64,000 nt of DNA from the human T2T-CHM13v2.0 reference genome, Homo sapiens (GCF_009914755.1 NC_060938.1), one strand, 5' to 3'. Positions 37,101 through 51,689 are shown, numbered from the stretch's first letter. The notes: a model not told the origin generated them from the letters alone. Program-made: numbers and translations.

Positions 37101-37810
37101 CTCTTGCTATTCTAATTCTTAAAGATGCATCATTAGGTTGTTTATTTGAAGTTTTCTTCTCTTTTGATGTAGGCACTTACAGCTATAAAATTCCCTCTTA
37201 GTTCTGCTTTTGCTGTGTCCCATAGGTGTGGGTATGTTGTGTTTCTTTTATCACTTGTTTCAAGAAAGTTTTTAACTTCTTTCTTAATTGATCCTTTGAC
37301 CCACACTTTCAAGTTTATTTAGAGCCTCAGAATGCTTTATCCCATGGTGGTGAGGCTTGCAAGAACTGAAGTTCTTATTGCCGGGATGAGTGATTCACCT
37401 CTGGCTAGGGCCAGTTTAAATATTCCCTCTGTGGGCATGAGTCAGCTGAGTTCAGCTCCATTTTGCTTTCTGCTGTGACAGGTCAGCACTGAGTTCAATG
37501 CATTGTCTCACAATCACTGTGCTCTCCTTCCCCTAAGCAGACAGACTCTCTTCGTGTGTCACATGGTCACTATCAGGGGATGGGAGAGGGGTGGCATCAA
37601 CAATTCAAGACTGTCTTTTCTACCCTCTTCTTTGCCTCTTTCAGAGCTATGAAGTTAAATCCAGGTACTCTGAGTGCCCATCTGATTTTTGGCTCTTATG
37701 AAGATTCTTTTTTTTTTTTTCGTGTGGGCAGTTGTTAAATTGCTGTCCTTGCCCAGGGTTGGAAGGACAATTGGTGGAGCCTTCTGTTCAGCTATCTTGC
37801 TCTGCCCCTC
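34177..37810 (-). mobile_element. L1MA (L1MA2/3-like) with intact 5' terminus and a large internal deletion
   Basis: Poly-T, L1MA 3'UTR and degraded ORF2 to ~37303, then ~500 nt of L1M-type 5'UTR ending '...ctatcttgctctgcccctcc'. Imperfect TSD tccatca(g/t)tatg at 34164-34175 and 37809-37820. Confidence 0.85.
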
Positions 37811-38149
37811 CATCATTATGTTTAAGGGAGTTTCTGAAAAAGTCCTACTGTGGGGAAGCACAGTGGGTTCCCTGAGATGATGTAACCATCAGCAAAGGGA
37901 AAAATTGGACCCATAGGGTAGTCCTAACTCTGAGTCTGGAATTAGGATTAAGGAGAGTAGGTGGTTTTAAGTGTGTGTAGTGACATGTGTTAAAAAGCTG
38001 TCCTGAGCCCTCAAAATGTTGCCTTGAACCCAGGAAATGGCTGTGTGTGTGAATTCAAAGAAATAGTTAGTCTCTTGGTGCGTAAGTCTTCTGAGGTATG
38101 GAGCACTCTCAAGTGAGCTTACAATAAAAAAAAAATCCCTAAATAAGGG

Positions 38150-38472
38150 AAGGCTATGTCATGCAGCAGTAACAAAGAGCCCCCATGCCTTACAGTGATA
38201 ACACAATTTTTCTCCCTTGTTTTTCCTACATGTCTATCCATTCCCTGATGTTCCTGGTCATCTTCGCAGGAAGAGAAAGAACTCTAAGGGCACTGCACTG
38301 CCAAATGAATGCTTTTTCCTAGCACTGATACACATCATTCTCATTCCATCTCATTGACCAAAACTAGTCATGTGGTGCCTCCACACCACAAAAGAGGCAG
38401 AAAATACAGTCCTATCATGTCGCCAGTGGCACAGAACCAGAAATATTTGACAAACAACACTAATATCTATAA
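38150..38472 (-). mobile_element. Old MLT1 (MLT1K/L-like) LTR
   Basis: 'tgcagcagtaacaaa', 'ctcattgaccaaaactagtcatgtgg', 'gaaccagaaatatttgacaaacaacactaat'. Confidence 0.6.
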
Positions 38473-39556
38473 CCTTCTTCTTTAAAGGACTGCTATATCT
38501 AGAAATGTTCTAGGAATCAGTAAGAATAGAAGACCCAGGCTCAACCTCTGGGACTCAGGTATTTCAGTTAGTTTTACCAAGAGTGGTGCTATTGCTCTAC
38601 AAGTCCCACATTTCTGGGATAAAGCTCAATTCTTGCTGCCTCTCCCTAGATTTCATTTCATAGGTGGTTCAATTTCATGTCCCATTTCTGCATCGTAGCC
38701 AGCAGTCCAGAAACAGAAACTTATTCTGATCCCTGCCCCAGGGTAGCTTCATATAGAGTGGCAGAGTCCAAAAATCAAAAGAGTTTTTAACCCACGGGTC
38801 AAAGTTTTGAAGGGAAGTCTTTTCCATTGACTAGAGCAAGTGGAACCTGATTGCCTTCATTTACAGAGTAGAATGTTTTGTTGAGTAATCACATTTCAGG
38901 CATAACCCCAAACAAAGCTTCTGCTTAGCAGGCTTTCCTCTTCAATACATCCTCATGAGGTGCCATCTCTCCCCATCATCCCCACCTCATTCTTTTCCAC
39001 CCTCTCCCCCTAACACTTGCACATTCTCCAATAAGTATATATAGTACATAGGAATCCCTGGAAGCATAAAGGGGAGGGAGTTGGAACTTACGTGTACATG
39101 AGTGCCTGAGCCTTGCACTGAGAGATGTGAATGGGGCTCCTTTTTTGCACCTCAGACTGTAAAATTAAACAATCAGCAGTTCAGGCAAATGTTCTCTTTT
39201 TAAAATGATGAATAAACATTAATATTTACTAAACTGATTTGAGGGGGATTAGAATTGTCCGTATTTTGTTCTCCCTTTTGATTGCTGAATATGGATGCCC
39301 TAGAATTGGCTTGTAACAAGCAATAGCAAAATATAAAGGATCGTTGCCTGCAAATGTATTAACTTGAAACAGTCTACTGCACATGCAAGGAAATATTATA
39401 TATTTGATCTGTACAGTGTGCCAAGTTTATTTAACTGTAAGAATCTATGGTAGTTGGAGTCAAATGTTAAGTGGTTAAATAAAGTATGCCTTACTTGCTC
39501 ACTATCTCCAATTGGTATTGATTAATGCACTGCTGCTGAATATTTTACTCTTACAG

Positions 39557-39615
39557 ATGTTCACAAAATATCTTCTTTTCGGTTATCTCTGTGCTTATAT
39601 TATCATCATTGGCAG
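39557..39615 (+). other. Candidate exon (59 nt), open in all three frames
   Basis: Acceptor 'tattttactcttacag|ATG' and donor 'CAG|gtgaga', in non-repetitive DNA. Confidence 0.35.
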
Positions 39616-40293
39616 GTGAGAAATTCTTCTCTTTCTACAGTGTGATTGTGTAAAGTGCTTTGTCTCACTCTGCTAAGACAAAGGTTGACTTTTTAGAGAT
39701 GATTGCTGAAAATGCCACATTACACTACTTGCTGTTTCCCATGATTTTCGCATTAAGTAGGATGAATAAATAACTTACTTTTCAGTTGCTCATTCCTCTT
39801 GCAACTAGTTATATGGCATGCCGCATTTTCTATTTACCAAATTCTATTTTGCAAATATATTTGCAGTCCAATACGTATTTAATATCAGAGCAGGAATACA
39901 AATGGCCAGGTACTCAGGAGACTTAGAGTTGAGTTACAATTTGTTACTAAATCTTTTTAATCTTGGTGTCAGCAAACCTCCATGAACCCTGTATTTATGT
40001 ATAAAAATCAATATCTTAAATAATTCTTAGGGTCACTTTACTTTGGAAAGGATCTGATTCAGAATATTCATTACCAATAAAAAATACTAGGAGGTTGAGG
40101 TTACTGTAATTATTTTGAATCTTTTAGTCATTCAAAATTTTCTTTTTGTTAACATAATTTAGATTAATATCTCATATAATTTTATATACATTTATATTTA
40201 TAATTTAAATATTCATATGATAGCATACTATGTAATATATAATTAATATGTAATTTATGTGTATTTATAATTTTATTTTTGTTCATATTTTAT

Positions 40294-40591
40294 TTTATTT
40301 TATTTTGAGACAGAGTCTCGCTCTTTGCCCAGGCTGGAGTGCAATGGCTTGATCTCGGCTCACTGCAACCCTCTGCTTCCTGGGTTCAAGCAATTCTCCT
40401 CTCAGCCTCCCAAGTAGCTGGGACTACAGGCATGTGCACCATGCCCGGCTAATTTATTTGCATTTTTTTTTTCAGTAGAGACGGGGTCTCACTGTGTTAG
40501 CCAGGATGGTCTCTATATCCTGACTTCGTGATCCAGCCACCGCAGCTTCCCAAAGTGCTGGGATTACAGGCATTAGCCACTGCACCCGCCC
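40294..40591 (-). mobile_element. Full-length AluS (AluSc-like)
   Basis: Dimeric Alu with (TTTTA)n tail. TSD catattttat at 40284-40293 and 40592-40601. Confidence 0.95.
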
Positions 40592-40789
40592 CATATTTTA
40601 TATATAAACATATACTTTTGCCTCCCCATTACATACACTACTATATAAAAATCTGAATTGATAATTTATTGAATTAATAAAAAGGATAAACTGAAGAGAG
40701 GTATAATCATTTACTTCAGATTTTTAAAAAAATTTAACCATATTTCTAGAAGGGTACTTAATTGTTTGCCCACAAATTATTAGCTCTTT

Positions 40790-41276
40790 TTTTTTAAAAT
40801 TTTATTATTATTACACTTTAAGTTTTAGGGTACATGTGCACAATGTGCAGGTTTGTTACATATGTATACATGTGCCATGTTGGTGTGCTGCACCCATTAA
40901 CTCATCATTTAACATTAGGTATATCTCCTAATGCTATCCCTCCCCCCTCCCCCCACCCCACAACAGTCCCCAGAGTGTGATGTTCCCCTTCCTGTGTCTA
41001 TGTGTTCTCATCGTTCAATTCCCACCTATGAGTGAGAACATGCGGTGTTTGGTTTTTTGTCCTTGTGATGGTTTGCTGAGAATGATGGTTTCCAGCTTCA
41101 TCCATGTCCCTACAAAGGACATGAACTCATCATTTTTTATGGCTGCATAGTATTCCATGGTGTATATGTGCCACATTTTCTTAATCCAGTCTATCATTGT
41201 TGGACATTTGGGTTGGTTCCAAGTCTTTGCTATTGTGAATAGTGCTGCCATAAACATACATATGCATGTGTCTTTA
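40790..41276 (-). mobile_element. Short 5'-truncated L1PA4-like element (~490 bp)
   Basis: L1PA 3'UTR plus ORF2 tail. TSD tagctcttt at 40781-40789 and 41277-41285, with 4-nt 'tagc' microhomology to L1. Confidence 0.95.
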
Positions 41277-42321
41277 TAGCTCTTTAACATAGAAGCTTAG
41301 AGGAAGGAGAAGTGCCTAAGAAAATTTAATTCTGAAGTGTTGGGATTCATTCCCCAATAAGGTCTAACCAGATTTGAAGGAGAGGGTGAACATTTATGGC
41401 TTTCTTTTCCATTACTTAAAGGATTATTACATAGAAGAATAAGTGTTCTGTGGGCTCTAGAGGCTAAAATGAGGTCAATTACTGCTTATTTGTTCCCTTG
41501 TTTAATAAATAATTACCGAGTGCCTTCTCTGTGCAATATGCTGTGGATTCAGGTCCGCACTCTGCTTTCTTTAGTGCCCCCTGGACTGGAAAGTTATGGA
41601 AAGGTAATTTTTGTTACAATATGAGGAAGAATCATGATGTTTGCAGCCAAATAGGGCAGTGAGCTCCCCGTCACTGACGCTGTTTTGGGAGAGAATGGAT
41701 GAAAATTTGTTAAGAATATTATAGGAGGGAATGCTTGCCTCATGGAAGAGGAGGTGCTAGTTTATTAGTGAGTCACCTGATCTGATTCTGTGAAGAATAC
41801 AAATGAATATAGGTGGTTTGATTTGATTGAGTTATAATTTAGAGAATGCTTTTCCAGTGAATACTTAGATAAGCATTTGTTGGCCTAAGGTGAGATAAAG
41901 ATACCTTCCTTTTTATGAAGCAACCCTAAAAACTACCACAGTTGGCCTGTGAAAAAACATAAATGCAATCTCAGTTGTTGAAATGCCACCTGTTGTCCTA
42001 CTTGGCCTATAGTTTATTCCCTTATGTAACCAGGTTAACATTACTTTGCTTGCTTTGACCATTTGTTTCTATTTATTATCTTTGCAACTTCTATGCAGCT
42101 CCTTGAACATAGGACACTATATTAGTGGTTCCATCTGACTGTGAATAATACAACCATTCCTTCTTTAGGATCTGGGCTTGACGTGACCCTCAGGAGTGGT
42201 CTTAGCAAAAGTTCGTTTTGTTTATCCACACTCTTCTGTTCTCTCCTCTCCCACTCCTTTTTCTAGTATGAGCTAGGGGAATGTTTCTCCATCAAGTTAG
42301 ATAGAACTAGGAATGCGTCTG

Positions 42322-42376
42322 TCTCTCTCTCTGTGTGTGTGTGTGTGTGTGTGTATGTGTGTGTGTGTGTGTGTGT
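42322..42376. repeat. Compound (TC)n(TG)n microsatellite
   Basis: tctctctctctgtgtgtg...gtgtgt seen directly. Confidence 0.97.
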
Positions 42377-42546
42377 TTTGTACAAAATATATTTCTGTAT
42401 TTCAGATATATCTGTATCCCAACTGCTTAAAACATCTAAATTCCCCTAAGAGTTTAAGGTTTTTTGAAAAAGAAAATTTTAGAAAAACTGTTAAGGAGTT
42501 TTTCAGTTCTCCATTCCTCCCTTGACATCAAGAGTGAGGGAGTAGA

Positions 42547-44651
42547 CAGCCAATATCATATAAAATGGGCAAAAGCTGGAAGCATTCCCCTTGCAAACTG
42601 ATACAAGACAAGGATGCCCTCTCTCACCACTCCTATTCAACATAGTATTGGAAATTCTGGCCAGGGCAATCAGGCAAGAGGAAGAAACGAAGGATATTCA
42701 AATGGGAAAAGAAGAAGTTAAATTGTCTTCATTTGCAGATGGCATGATCTTATATCTAGAAAACCCCATTGTCTCAGCCCCAAAGCTTTTTAAGCTGATA
42801 AGCAACTTCAGCAAAGTCTCAGGATACAAAATCAATGTGCAGATTTCACAAGCATTCCAATACACCAACAAGAGACAAGCAGAGAGCCAAATCATGAATG
42901 AACTCCCATTCACAATTGCTACAAAAAGAATAAAATACCTAGGAATACAGCCAACAAGGGAAGTAAAGGACCTCTTCAAGGAGAGCTACAAACCACTGCT
43001 CAAGGAAATCAGAGAGGACACAAACAAATGGAAAAACATTCCGTGCTCATAGACAGGAAGAATCAATATTGTGAAAATGGCCATACTGCCTAAAGTAATA
43101 TACAGATTCAATGCTGTTCCCATCAAACTACCATTGACACTCTTCACGGAATTAGAAAAAAAACTATATTTCATATGCAATCAAAGAAGACCCTGTATAG
43201 TCAAGACAATCCCAAGTAAAAAGAACAAAGCTGTTATCAGACTTCAAACTATACTACAAGGCTACAATAACCAAAACAGCATGGTACTGGTACAATAACA
43301 GACACATAGACCAACAGAGATAACTCAGAAAGAAGACTACACATCTACAACCATCTGATCTTCAACAAACCTGACAAAAACAAGCAATGGGGACAGGATT
43401 CCCTTTTTAATAAATGGTGCTGGGAAAACTGGCTAGCTATACGTAAAAAATTGAAACTGAATCCCTTCCTTTCACCTTTTACAAAAATTAACATGATGGA
43501 TTAAAGACTTAAATGTAAAGCCCAAAACTATAAAAACGCTAAAAGAAAATCTAGGCAATACCATTAAAGACATAGGCATGGACAAAGATTCCATGACAAA
43601 ATGCCAAAAGCAATTGCAACAAAAGCAAAAATTGACAAATAGGATCTAATTAAAGAGCTTCTGCACAGCAAAAGAAATGGTCATCAGAGCAAAGAGGCAA
43701 CCTACAGAGTGGAAGAAAATTTTTGCAAGCTATTCATCTGACAAAGGTCTAATATCCAGAATCTACAAGGAACTTAAACAAATTTCCAAGAAAAAACAAC
43801 CCCATTAAAAAGTGGGCAATAGACATGAACAGACACTTCTCAAAAAAAGACATTCATGTAGCCAACAAACATGAAAAGAAGCTCAGCATCATTGATGATT
43901 AGAGAAATGCAAATCAAAACCACAATGAGATACCATCTCATGACAGTCAGAATGGTGATTGTGAAAAAGTCAAGAAACAACAGATGCTGGTGAGATTGCA
44001 GAGAAATAGGAACATTTTTACACTGTTGGTGGGAATGTAAATTAGTTCAACCATTGTGGAAGATGCTGTGCCAATTCCTCAAAAATCTAGAGCCAGAAAT
44101 ACTATTTGACCCAGCAATCACATTACTAGGCATATACCCAAAAGTATATAAATCATTCTATTACAAAGATACATGGACACGTATATTGATTGCAGCATTA
44201 TTTACAATAGCAAAGACATTGAGTCAACCCAAATGCCCATCAGTTAGAGACTGGATATATATACACCATGGACTATATACATATACACCATGAAATGCTA
44301 GGCAGCCATAAAAAGTAATGAGATCATGTCCTTTGCAGGGTCATGAATGGAGGTGAAAGCCATTATCTTCAGCAAATGATTTCAGGAACAGAAAACCAAA
44401 CACTGCTTGTTCTCACTTATAAGTAGGAGCTGCACAATGAGAACAGATGGACACAGGGAGGGAAACAATACACACTGAGGCCTGTTGGGGGAAGGGGTGG
44501 GAGGAGGGAGAGCATTAGGAAAAATAGCTAATACATGCTGGGCTTAATACCTAGGTAATGTGTTGATAGGTACAGCAAACCACCATGTCACCTGTTTATC
44601 TACGTGACAGACCTGGACATCCTTCACATATATCCTGGAACTTGAAAAAAT
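42547..44651 (+). mobile_element. 5'-truncated older primate L1 (L1PA12-14 like)
   Basis: Degraded ORF2 (ORF 42591-43052). 3'UTR 'gggagagcattaggaaaaatagctaatacatgctgggcttaatacctagg'. No clear TSD. Confidence 0.9.
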
Positions 44652-45364
44652 GAGATGAACCTAAAAATAGACAGAAAACGGGAGAGAATAGGGCAAGGAA
44701 TGTAGTGGGGGGAAAATAGCATTGATTGATTATCAAAAATTTTAACTTTATTCTTGCTAGCTTGATATTTAGTGGCATTAATGTGCATCTTATTCAGAAT
44801 TGCATTTTGCTACGTATTCAACAATTCCAGGTCTTTTATTTACTTAGAATTCGGCTAATAATTGTGGGAGGAGTTGCAAAAGATAGAGGGCTCTACTACT
44901 GACAAATTTAGACGTTAGGGGGAAATGTTTACACAGAAAAAAATTTAAGTAGGAGAAATAGGAATTTAAAAATTATAAATTGAATAAGACATGCTGTCCC
45001 AGGCATTTTCTAATGGGAGAGAGTGGTCTATATAGTTTGACATCTACCTTCTTTGTTCATTTTAGACTTACTGTATAAAAGGCTTAATTGGATTTCGCCA
45101 AGCACTAGAAAATTGGTAGGCAGTTTGTTAATAAGGACTATTTGGAGATATCAGTGTGAACTTCAAGTAAAATTATAAAGGTAGTAATTTAGCTAGAATC
45201 ACTTGGCATGAGGGCCCACGCAGGGTTGAATGGAGGAGGAAGAAACTGGGCGTAGATAGGAATAAGTTACAGACCGTACGTGTGAGGTGATGATGAAGGA
45301 TGGACTTGGGGTGGAGACCAAGAGGAAAGAGAAAAACCGTGAGGGATAATCATCAGAACCAATG

Positions 45365-45555
45365 TTTTACAGAATTTATTGTGTTGTAGATGCTGCCCTA
45401 AATACTTCTCTCACACTCACTTATGGAATCCTCACAACAGCTCTATAAGAAAGGTACTCTTGTCCTCATTTTATAGATGAAGAAATTGAGACACATACTC
45501 ACCCAAGTCACATAGGTCAAAGCAGTGGAGACAGGATTTGAACTTATGTTCTTGT
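45365..45555 (-). mobile_element. MIR
   Basis: 'aatcctcacaacagctctataag...cattttatagatgaagaaattgagac...cccaagtcacatag'. Confidence 0.75.
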
Positions 45556-46704
45556 CAACTACTTCTCAAGAAATTCCAGGGTAAATAAAAGAACCCAGAA
45601 CATATTAGATCTAGGTGGCAAAGAAGTAGACATCAAGGCTCACTCCCTCATCTTAATCCTGGATGACTAAAAGAACTGTTGAAATAATGACATAAAAAAA
45701 TGAAATGGAAGGGAGGCTGTTTTATTGTTAGGTTATTTGACAGATGTATATAATGTGTATATATTTTAGTTGTTTTGTACATAGATTTCAGAAAGACCCC
45801 ATTTTTTTTCTCCCCATAACAACCCCTCCCAATTTTCTGAAATACACAGTTGCTAGTATCTTCAGGAGAAGGACAAGTTTTCCTGTAATCCGGGGGGTAT
45901 TTTAGAAAATGAAGCATATGTTTTTTGTCCTAGTGTCTTTGTATTTATTGGTGGCATTTAATTTTGTCATTCTCAAACAATGATTCTTTGGCTCCTCTTC
46001 TAACCATCTTGTTGCTGGGATATTAATTTGAAAATGAATTATCTTTTATAAAGTTTGCAAGAAATAATTGGCAGGGAATACTCCACTTATGTGCGTCAAG
46101 GCTGTGAGTTTTAAGGTGAATTTGTTTTGGCTCTGTCCTTTGATTCTATTTTGTTGCTATCATTTTGCTGAACTTTAGATAATTGACAGCAGTATTTGCA
46201 GTTTAGTATAATGGCACTCTAAAAATAGCAGAATTTCAAGTTACTTTCATGAAAAAGATTCATTGAGTGCCTGAAATTGGATATTTTGATATGTAGGATA
46301 CTAGGTATGTGTGCAGTGAGATCCACTTATAGTAGAATTTCCTTTGCTAAAATGACTCATTTTTGCTACACTCCTTAAATCAATACCACTTTGAAATGTC
46401 ATTTAGGTGGGCACAAGCCATTTTTAAAAGTGCGTTATTCAGTGTGTCTTTAATTGCCTAATAGTGATACAAAAAATACACAGTGATTCATTAGTATTGA
46501 CAAAAGAGCTGTCTTGCAATACTCCAGGAGGTCGAAGATCACAATTAGAAGTGCTTTAATAAATGTGAATGTTTGAACTGAGTGCAAAGATGCTTTTGAT
46601 ACCTTAAGTTTCACAGGATTGGGTTTTGTAGATTTAAGAAGGAATCTTTTTTTTTTTTAACACTAAAGTTATAAGTAAGCAAATTTGGTAAAATGGTTGT
46701 GAGA

Positions 46705-46815
46705 GTGTAAGCACAATGAAGGCAGAGACAATGTTTGACCTGTGAATTCCTGTGTTTCTAGGGCTTAGCTACTGTGACTAGCAGAGTCAAGGGTTCAATA
46801 ATCGTTGAATGAATT
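46705..46815 (+). mobile_element. L2 3' end fragment
   Basis: 'tgtaagcacaatgaaggcagagac...ttcaataatcgttgaatgaat'. Confidence 0.55.
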
Positions 46816-47194
46816 ACAATGCAGATAAGCTTGGAGAAGACTTATGATTTAATAGGGAATAATAAATGAGCCAAAGGCAGACAGCAAGGTTTTTATAAAT
46901 ACCACAACCTCATTCATTAAATTGTGAATTTTCTTAATGTATGAATTTTCTTAAGTTATGCTACACAGAATGTCAGGTTTTAAGAAATCACACTTTTTGC
47001 CACATGGTGGCATCATTGTAGTTATGATGATGTTTTAACTCCAACTGAAGGAATGAATTTGTTTTTGACACATACCATTAAATACTCATCTTTTGATGAA
47101 ATGTACATGAAGCATTATGCATTTGGCGTATAAAGGTATAACAAAACATTAAATCTGCATTTTTTTCTGTGAAAAGTTAAGAATAACTTCTCCA

Positions 47195-47496
47195 GCCAGG
47201 CGCGGTGGCCCACGCCTGTAATCCCAGCACTTTGGGAGGCTGAGACAGGCAGATCACTAAGTCAGGAGTTCGAGACCAGCGTGTCCAACATAGTGAAACC
47301 CCCGTCTCTCCTAAAAATACCAAAAAAATTAGCTGGGCGTGGTAGTGGGCCCCTGTAATCCCAGCTACTTGGGAGGCTGAGGCAAGGAGAAATGCTTGAA
47401 CCTGGGAGGTGGAGGTTGCAGTGAGCCAAGATCATGCCACTGCACTCTAGCCCGGGCAACAGTGCAAGATTCCGTCTCAAAAAAAAAAAAAAGAAA
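47195..47496 (+). mobile_element. Full-length AluS (AluSg-like) with 16-bp TSD
   Basis: TSD aagaataacttctcca at 47179-47194 and 47497-47512. Confidence 0.96.
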
Positions 47497-50400
47497 AAGA
47501 ATAACTTCTCCATTCATAACGATTAGTCCTTCTCTATACCATAAATCTTCTCCAATAAAGTGCAATTAGTTAAAAATAAAACTGAATTAATAATGCAGTT
47601 ATTCAAGTAAATTGAAAAAAGTAAGTTGATATAATGTTCTTAAGTTTTAGGATTTTAAAAAAATTTCAAATTTTTAAATATTTTTCTTTTTAGTGTTCCC
47701 CTTTAAAGCCAATGAAACTTAAACTTTATTTCTCATAACTATTAGAGATGGTGGTCTTCAGCTACTTCCTCTGAACCACTCTGGAATTCTCGTAATTTAG
47801 ATGAAATTAGATACTTTCTTTTTGAACTGGCATTTTCTGCATGACTCCTTCATATTTACTTTTATCCATAGCCTTTGTGTTGTTGTGACTGATAGACCTA
47901 GCCTTATCATAGCAGAAGCTGGAAACTGAAAGTACCTCTGAGATTCAGGCTGTTGAATGACATTTTAGTATCACAGTACACTCACATACGAAGCTAAGAT
48001 GAGGTGGAAAAGTTGATTTGAGCACCATTAGATCGCTCAACTTTCTCTTAATAACTCCCTACAGATATTAGATAAACACTGAGACTGTCTCATGTTACAC
48101 CCTTGCTTAAATTTGGAAGACAAAAAGCTGGTTATTTTTATTAGTACCCCTTCTTTTTTACTTTTCTACTTTGAGCTCAAAGTTAATTAGGACATTGCCT
48201 TCCTGTTTAGTACCAGAAAAATTATTTAAAAATATAAATTAAATGGGTATTTTTAGGAAAGCATAAAATGTCTTCTTTGGGCAAGATGTATCTGCTTTTG
48301 ATAAAAGTTTATACATTCTGGCTCCTTCCTTGGTTGATATATTTATACATTTAAAATCTCTCTTGGAGTTAACTGTGGAAGATGGTGGATAGCAGGCAGA
48401 ACTAACTCGCAGCTCCTGCTCGGATAGACAGAGCAGTGTGTGGAGACTCATATCATGAATATTTGCTCCAAGAACTACCACAGGAACATACCAGGAAAGC
48501 TGAGAGAATCTACAGACCCTCTGAAGAGACTGGATTACTGCTGCAGTCTCCCTGAGACACTGAAACACTGTGAGTCCACTTGCTTTCTCAGTGGGGAGGC
48601 TTGTGGTCTGGAGCACGTTCTCAGCCCTGATCACCAGCTGCCTGGATATAGACTCGGTGCTGTTGACGGGGCATGGTTGGAGTGAAACCAGCCTTTAGGA
48701 CTGTGGACTGTATGGGAGTGGGGTGAGGCCTGTGACTGCAAGCTTTCCCCACTTCCCTGGTGACCTGTATGACTCAGCAGAGGCACCATAATCCCTCTGG
48801 GAATATAACTCCATTGGACTTGGAATCACACCCCTATTCCCCACAGCAGATGCAGCAAGCCCCACCCAAGGAGAGGCTGAGCTCAGACACACCTAGTCTA
48901 TCCCTGCCCCAACCTGGTGGTCTTTCTCTACCCACCCTGGTAGCTGAAGACAAAGGTCATAATCTCTTGGGAGCTTTATGGCCCTGCCCACTGCCTGAGC
49001 AACCTGAATACTTAACCAGGTGTCTTTAGGGCAAGTTTGCATCCTCCCTATAGTACTGAAGCTGATGCACTCTTGAAAGCACCATCTCCTGGCTGGAGGC
49101 CAACCAACACAAACCCAGAACACTAAACAAAAATACAATCAAGAACTCTCACAGAGTCCACTTCAATCTCCTGCGACCTCAACCAAAGCAGGTGCTGGTA
49201 TCCATGGCTGTAAGACCTGAAGACGGATCACATCACAGGACTCTTTGCAGACACTCCCAAGTACCAGCCCAGAGCCCAGTAGCTCCGCTGGGTTGCTAGA
49301 CCCAAAAGAGCAAAAACAATCACTACAGTTTGGCTCTCAGGAAGCCCCATTCCTAGGGGAAGGGGAAAAGCATTCTGTAGAACAAAAGAAACTGAACAGC
49401 AGCCTTTAAATCTCAGATCTTCCCTATGACATAGTCTACTCTAATGAGAAGGAACCAGAAAAATAATTATGGCAATATGACAAAACATGGTTCTTTAACA
49501 CACCCAAAAGATCATACTAGCTCACCAGCAATGGATTCAAACCAAGAAGAAATCTCTGAATTGCCAGAAAAAGAATTCTAAAGGTCAATTATAAAGCTAA
49601 TCAAGGAGGTACCAGAGAAAGGCGAAGTCCAACTTAAATAAATAAAAAAATATGATACAGGATATGAAAGGTAAATTCTTCAGTGAAATAGCATAAATAA
49701 AAAAAATCACAACTTCTGGAAATCAAGAACACACTTAGAGAAATGCAAAATGCACTGGAGAGTTTTGGCAATAGCATTGAACAAGCAGAAGAAAGAACTT
49801 CAGAGCTCAAAGACAAGGCTTTTGAATTAGCCCAATCTGTCAAAGACAAAAAATAATTTAAAAGAATGAACAAAGCCTTGAAGAAGTTTGGGACTATGTT
49901 AAGTGTCCAAACTTAAGAATAATTGGTGTTCCTGAGGAATATGATAAATCTAGAAGTTTGGAAAACATATTTGAGGGAATAATCAAGAAAAACTTCCTTG
50001 GCCTTGCTAGAGATCTAGACATCCAAATACAAGAAGCTCAAAGAACACCTGGGAAATTCATCACAAAAAGATAATCACCTAGGTGTGTAGTCATCAGGTT
50101 ATCTAAATTAAGACGAAGAAACGAATCTTAATAGATGTGTGGCAAAAGCATCAGGTAAACTACAAAAGAAAACCTATCAGATTAACAGCTGTTTTCTCAG
50201 CAGAAACCCTACAAGCTAGAAGGGATTGGGGTCCTATTTTTAGCCTCCATAAACAAAACAATTATCAGCCAAGAATTTTGTATCCAGCGAGACTAAGCTT
50301 CATAAATGAAGGAAAGATACAGTATTTTCCAGACAAATACTGAGAGAATTCACCACTAGCAAGCCAGCACTACAAGAACTGCAAAATGTAGCTCTAAATC

Positions 50401-51241
50401 TTGAAATAAATCCTTGAAATACACCAAAATGGAACTTTCTTAAAGCATACATATCAAAGGACCTATATAACAATAACACAATAAAAAAAAACACAAGGTA
50501 TTCAGGCAACAAACAGCATGATGAATAGAATAGTACCTCACATGTCAATACTAACGTTGAATGTAAATGGCCTAAATGTTCCATTTAAAAGATACAGAAT
50601 GGCAGACTGCATAAGAATTCACCAACCACATTTCTGCTCTCTTCAGGAGACTAATCTTACATATAAGGTAAAGGGGTCGAAAAGCGAGCAGGAGTAGCTA
50701 TTCTAATATCAGCCAAAAAAAAACTTTAAAGCAACAACAGTTAAAAAGCACAAAGTGGGACATTATGTAATAATAAAAGGCCTAGTCCAACAGGAAAATA
50801 TCATAATTCTAAATATATATGTAACTAACACTGGAGTTTCCAAATTTATAAAACAATTACTAGTAGACCTAAGAAATGAGATAGATGGCAACAGAGTAAT
50901 AGTGTGGGACTTTATTACTGCACTGACAGCACTAGACAGGTCATCAAGACAGAAATTCAACAAAGAAACAATGGACTTAAACTATACCCTATAACAAATG
51001 GACTTAGCAGATACTTACAGAATATTCTACCCAACAACTGCAGAATATACATTCTGTTCATCAGCACATGGAACATTCTCCAAGATACACCATATGATAG
51101 GCCACAAAACAGGTTTCAGTAAATTTAAGAAAATCAAAATTATATCAAGTACTCTCTTAGACCTCAGTGGAATAACATTGGAAATGAACTCTAAAAGGAA
51201 CCCTCAAAACCATGCAAATACGTGGAAATTAAAAAACATGA

Positions 51242-51689
<448 letters not shown>

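Noticed and set aside
42543-44673. 'tagacag' as TSD of the older L1
   Set aside because: Only 7 bp, partly L1-derived, and not at an endonuclease-type site.
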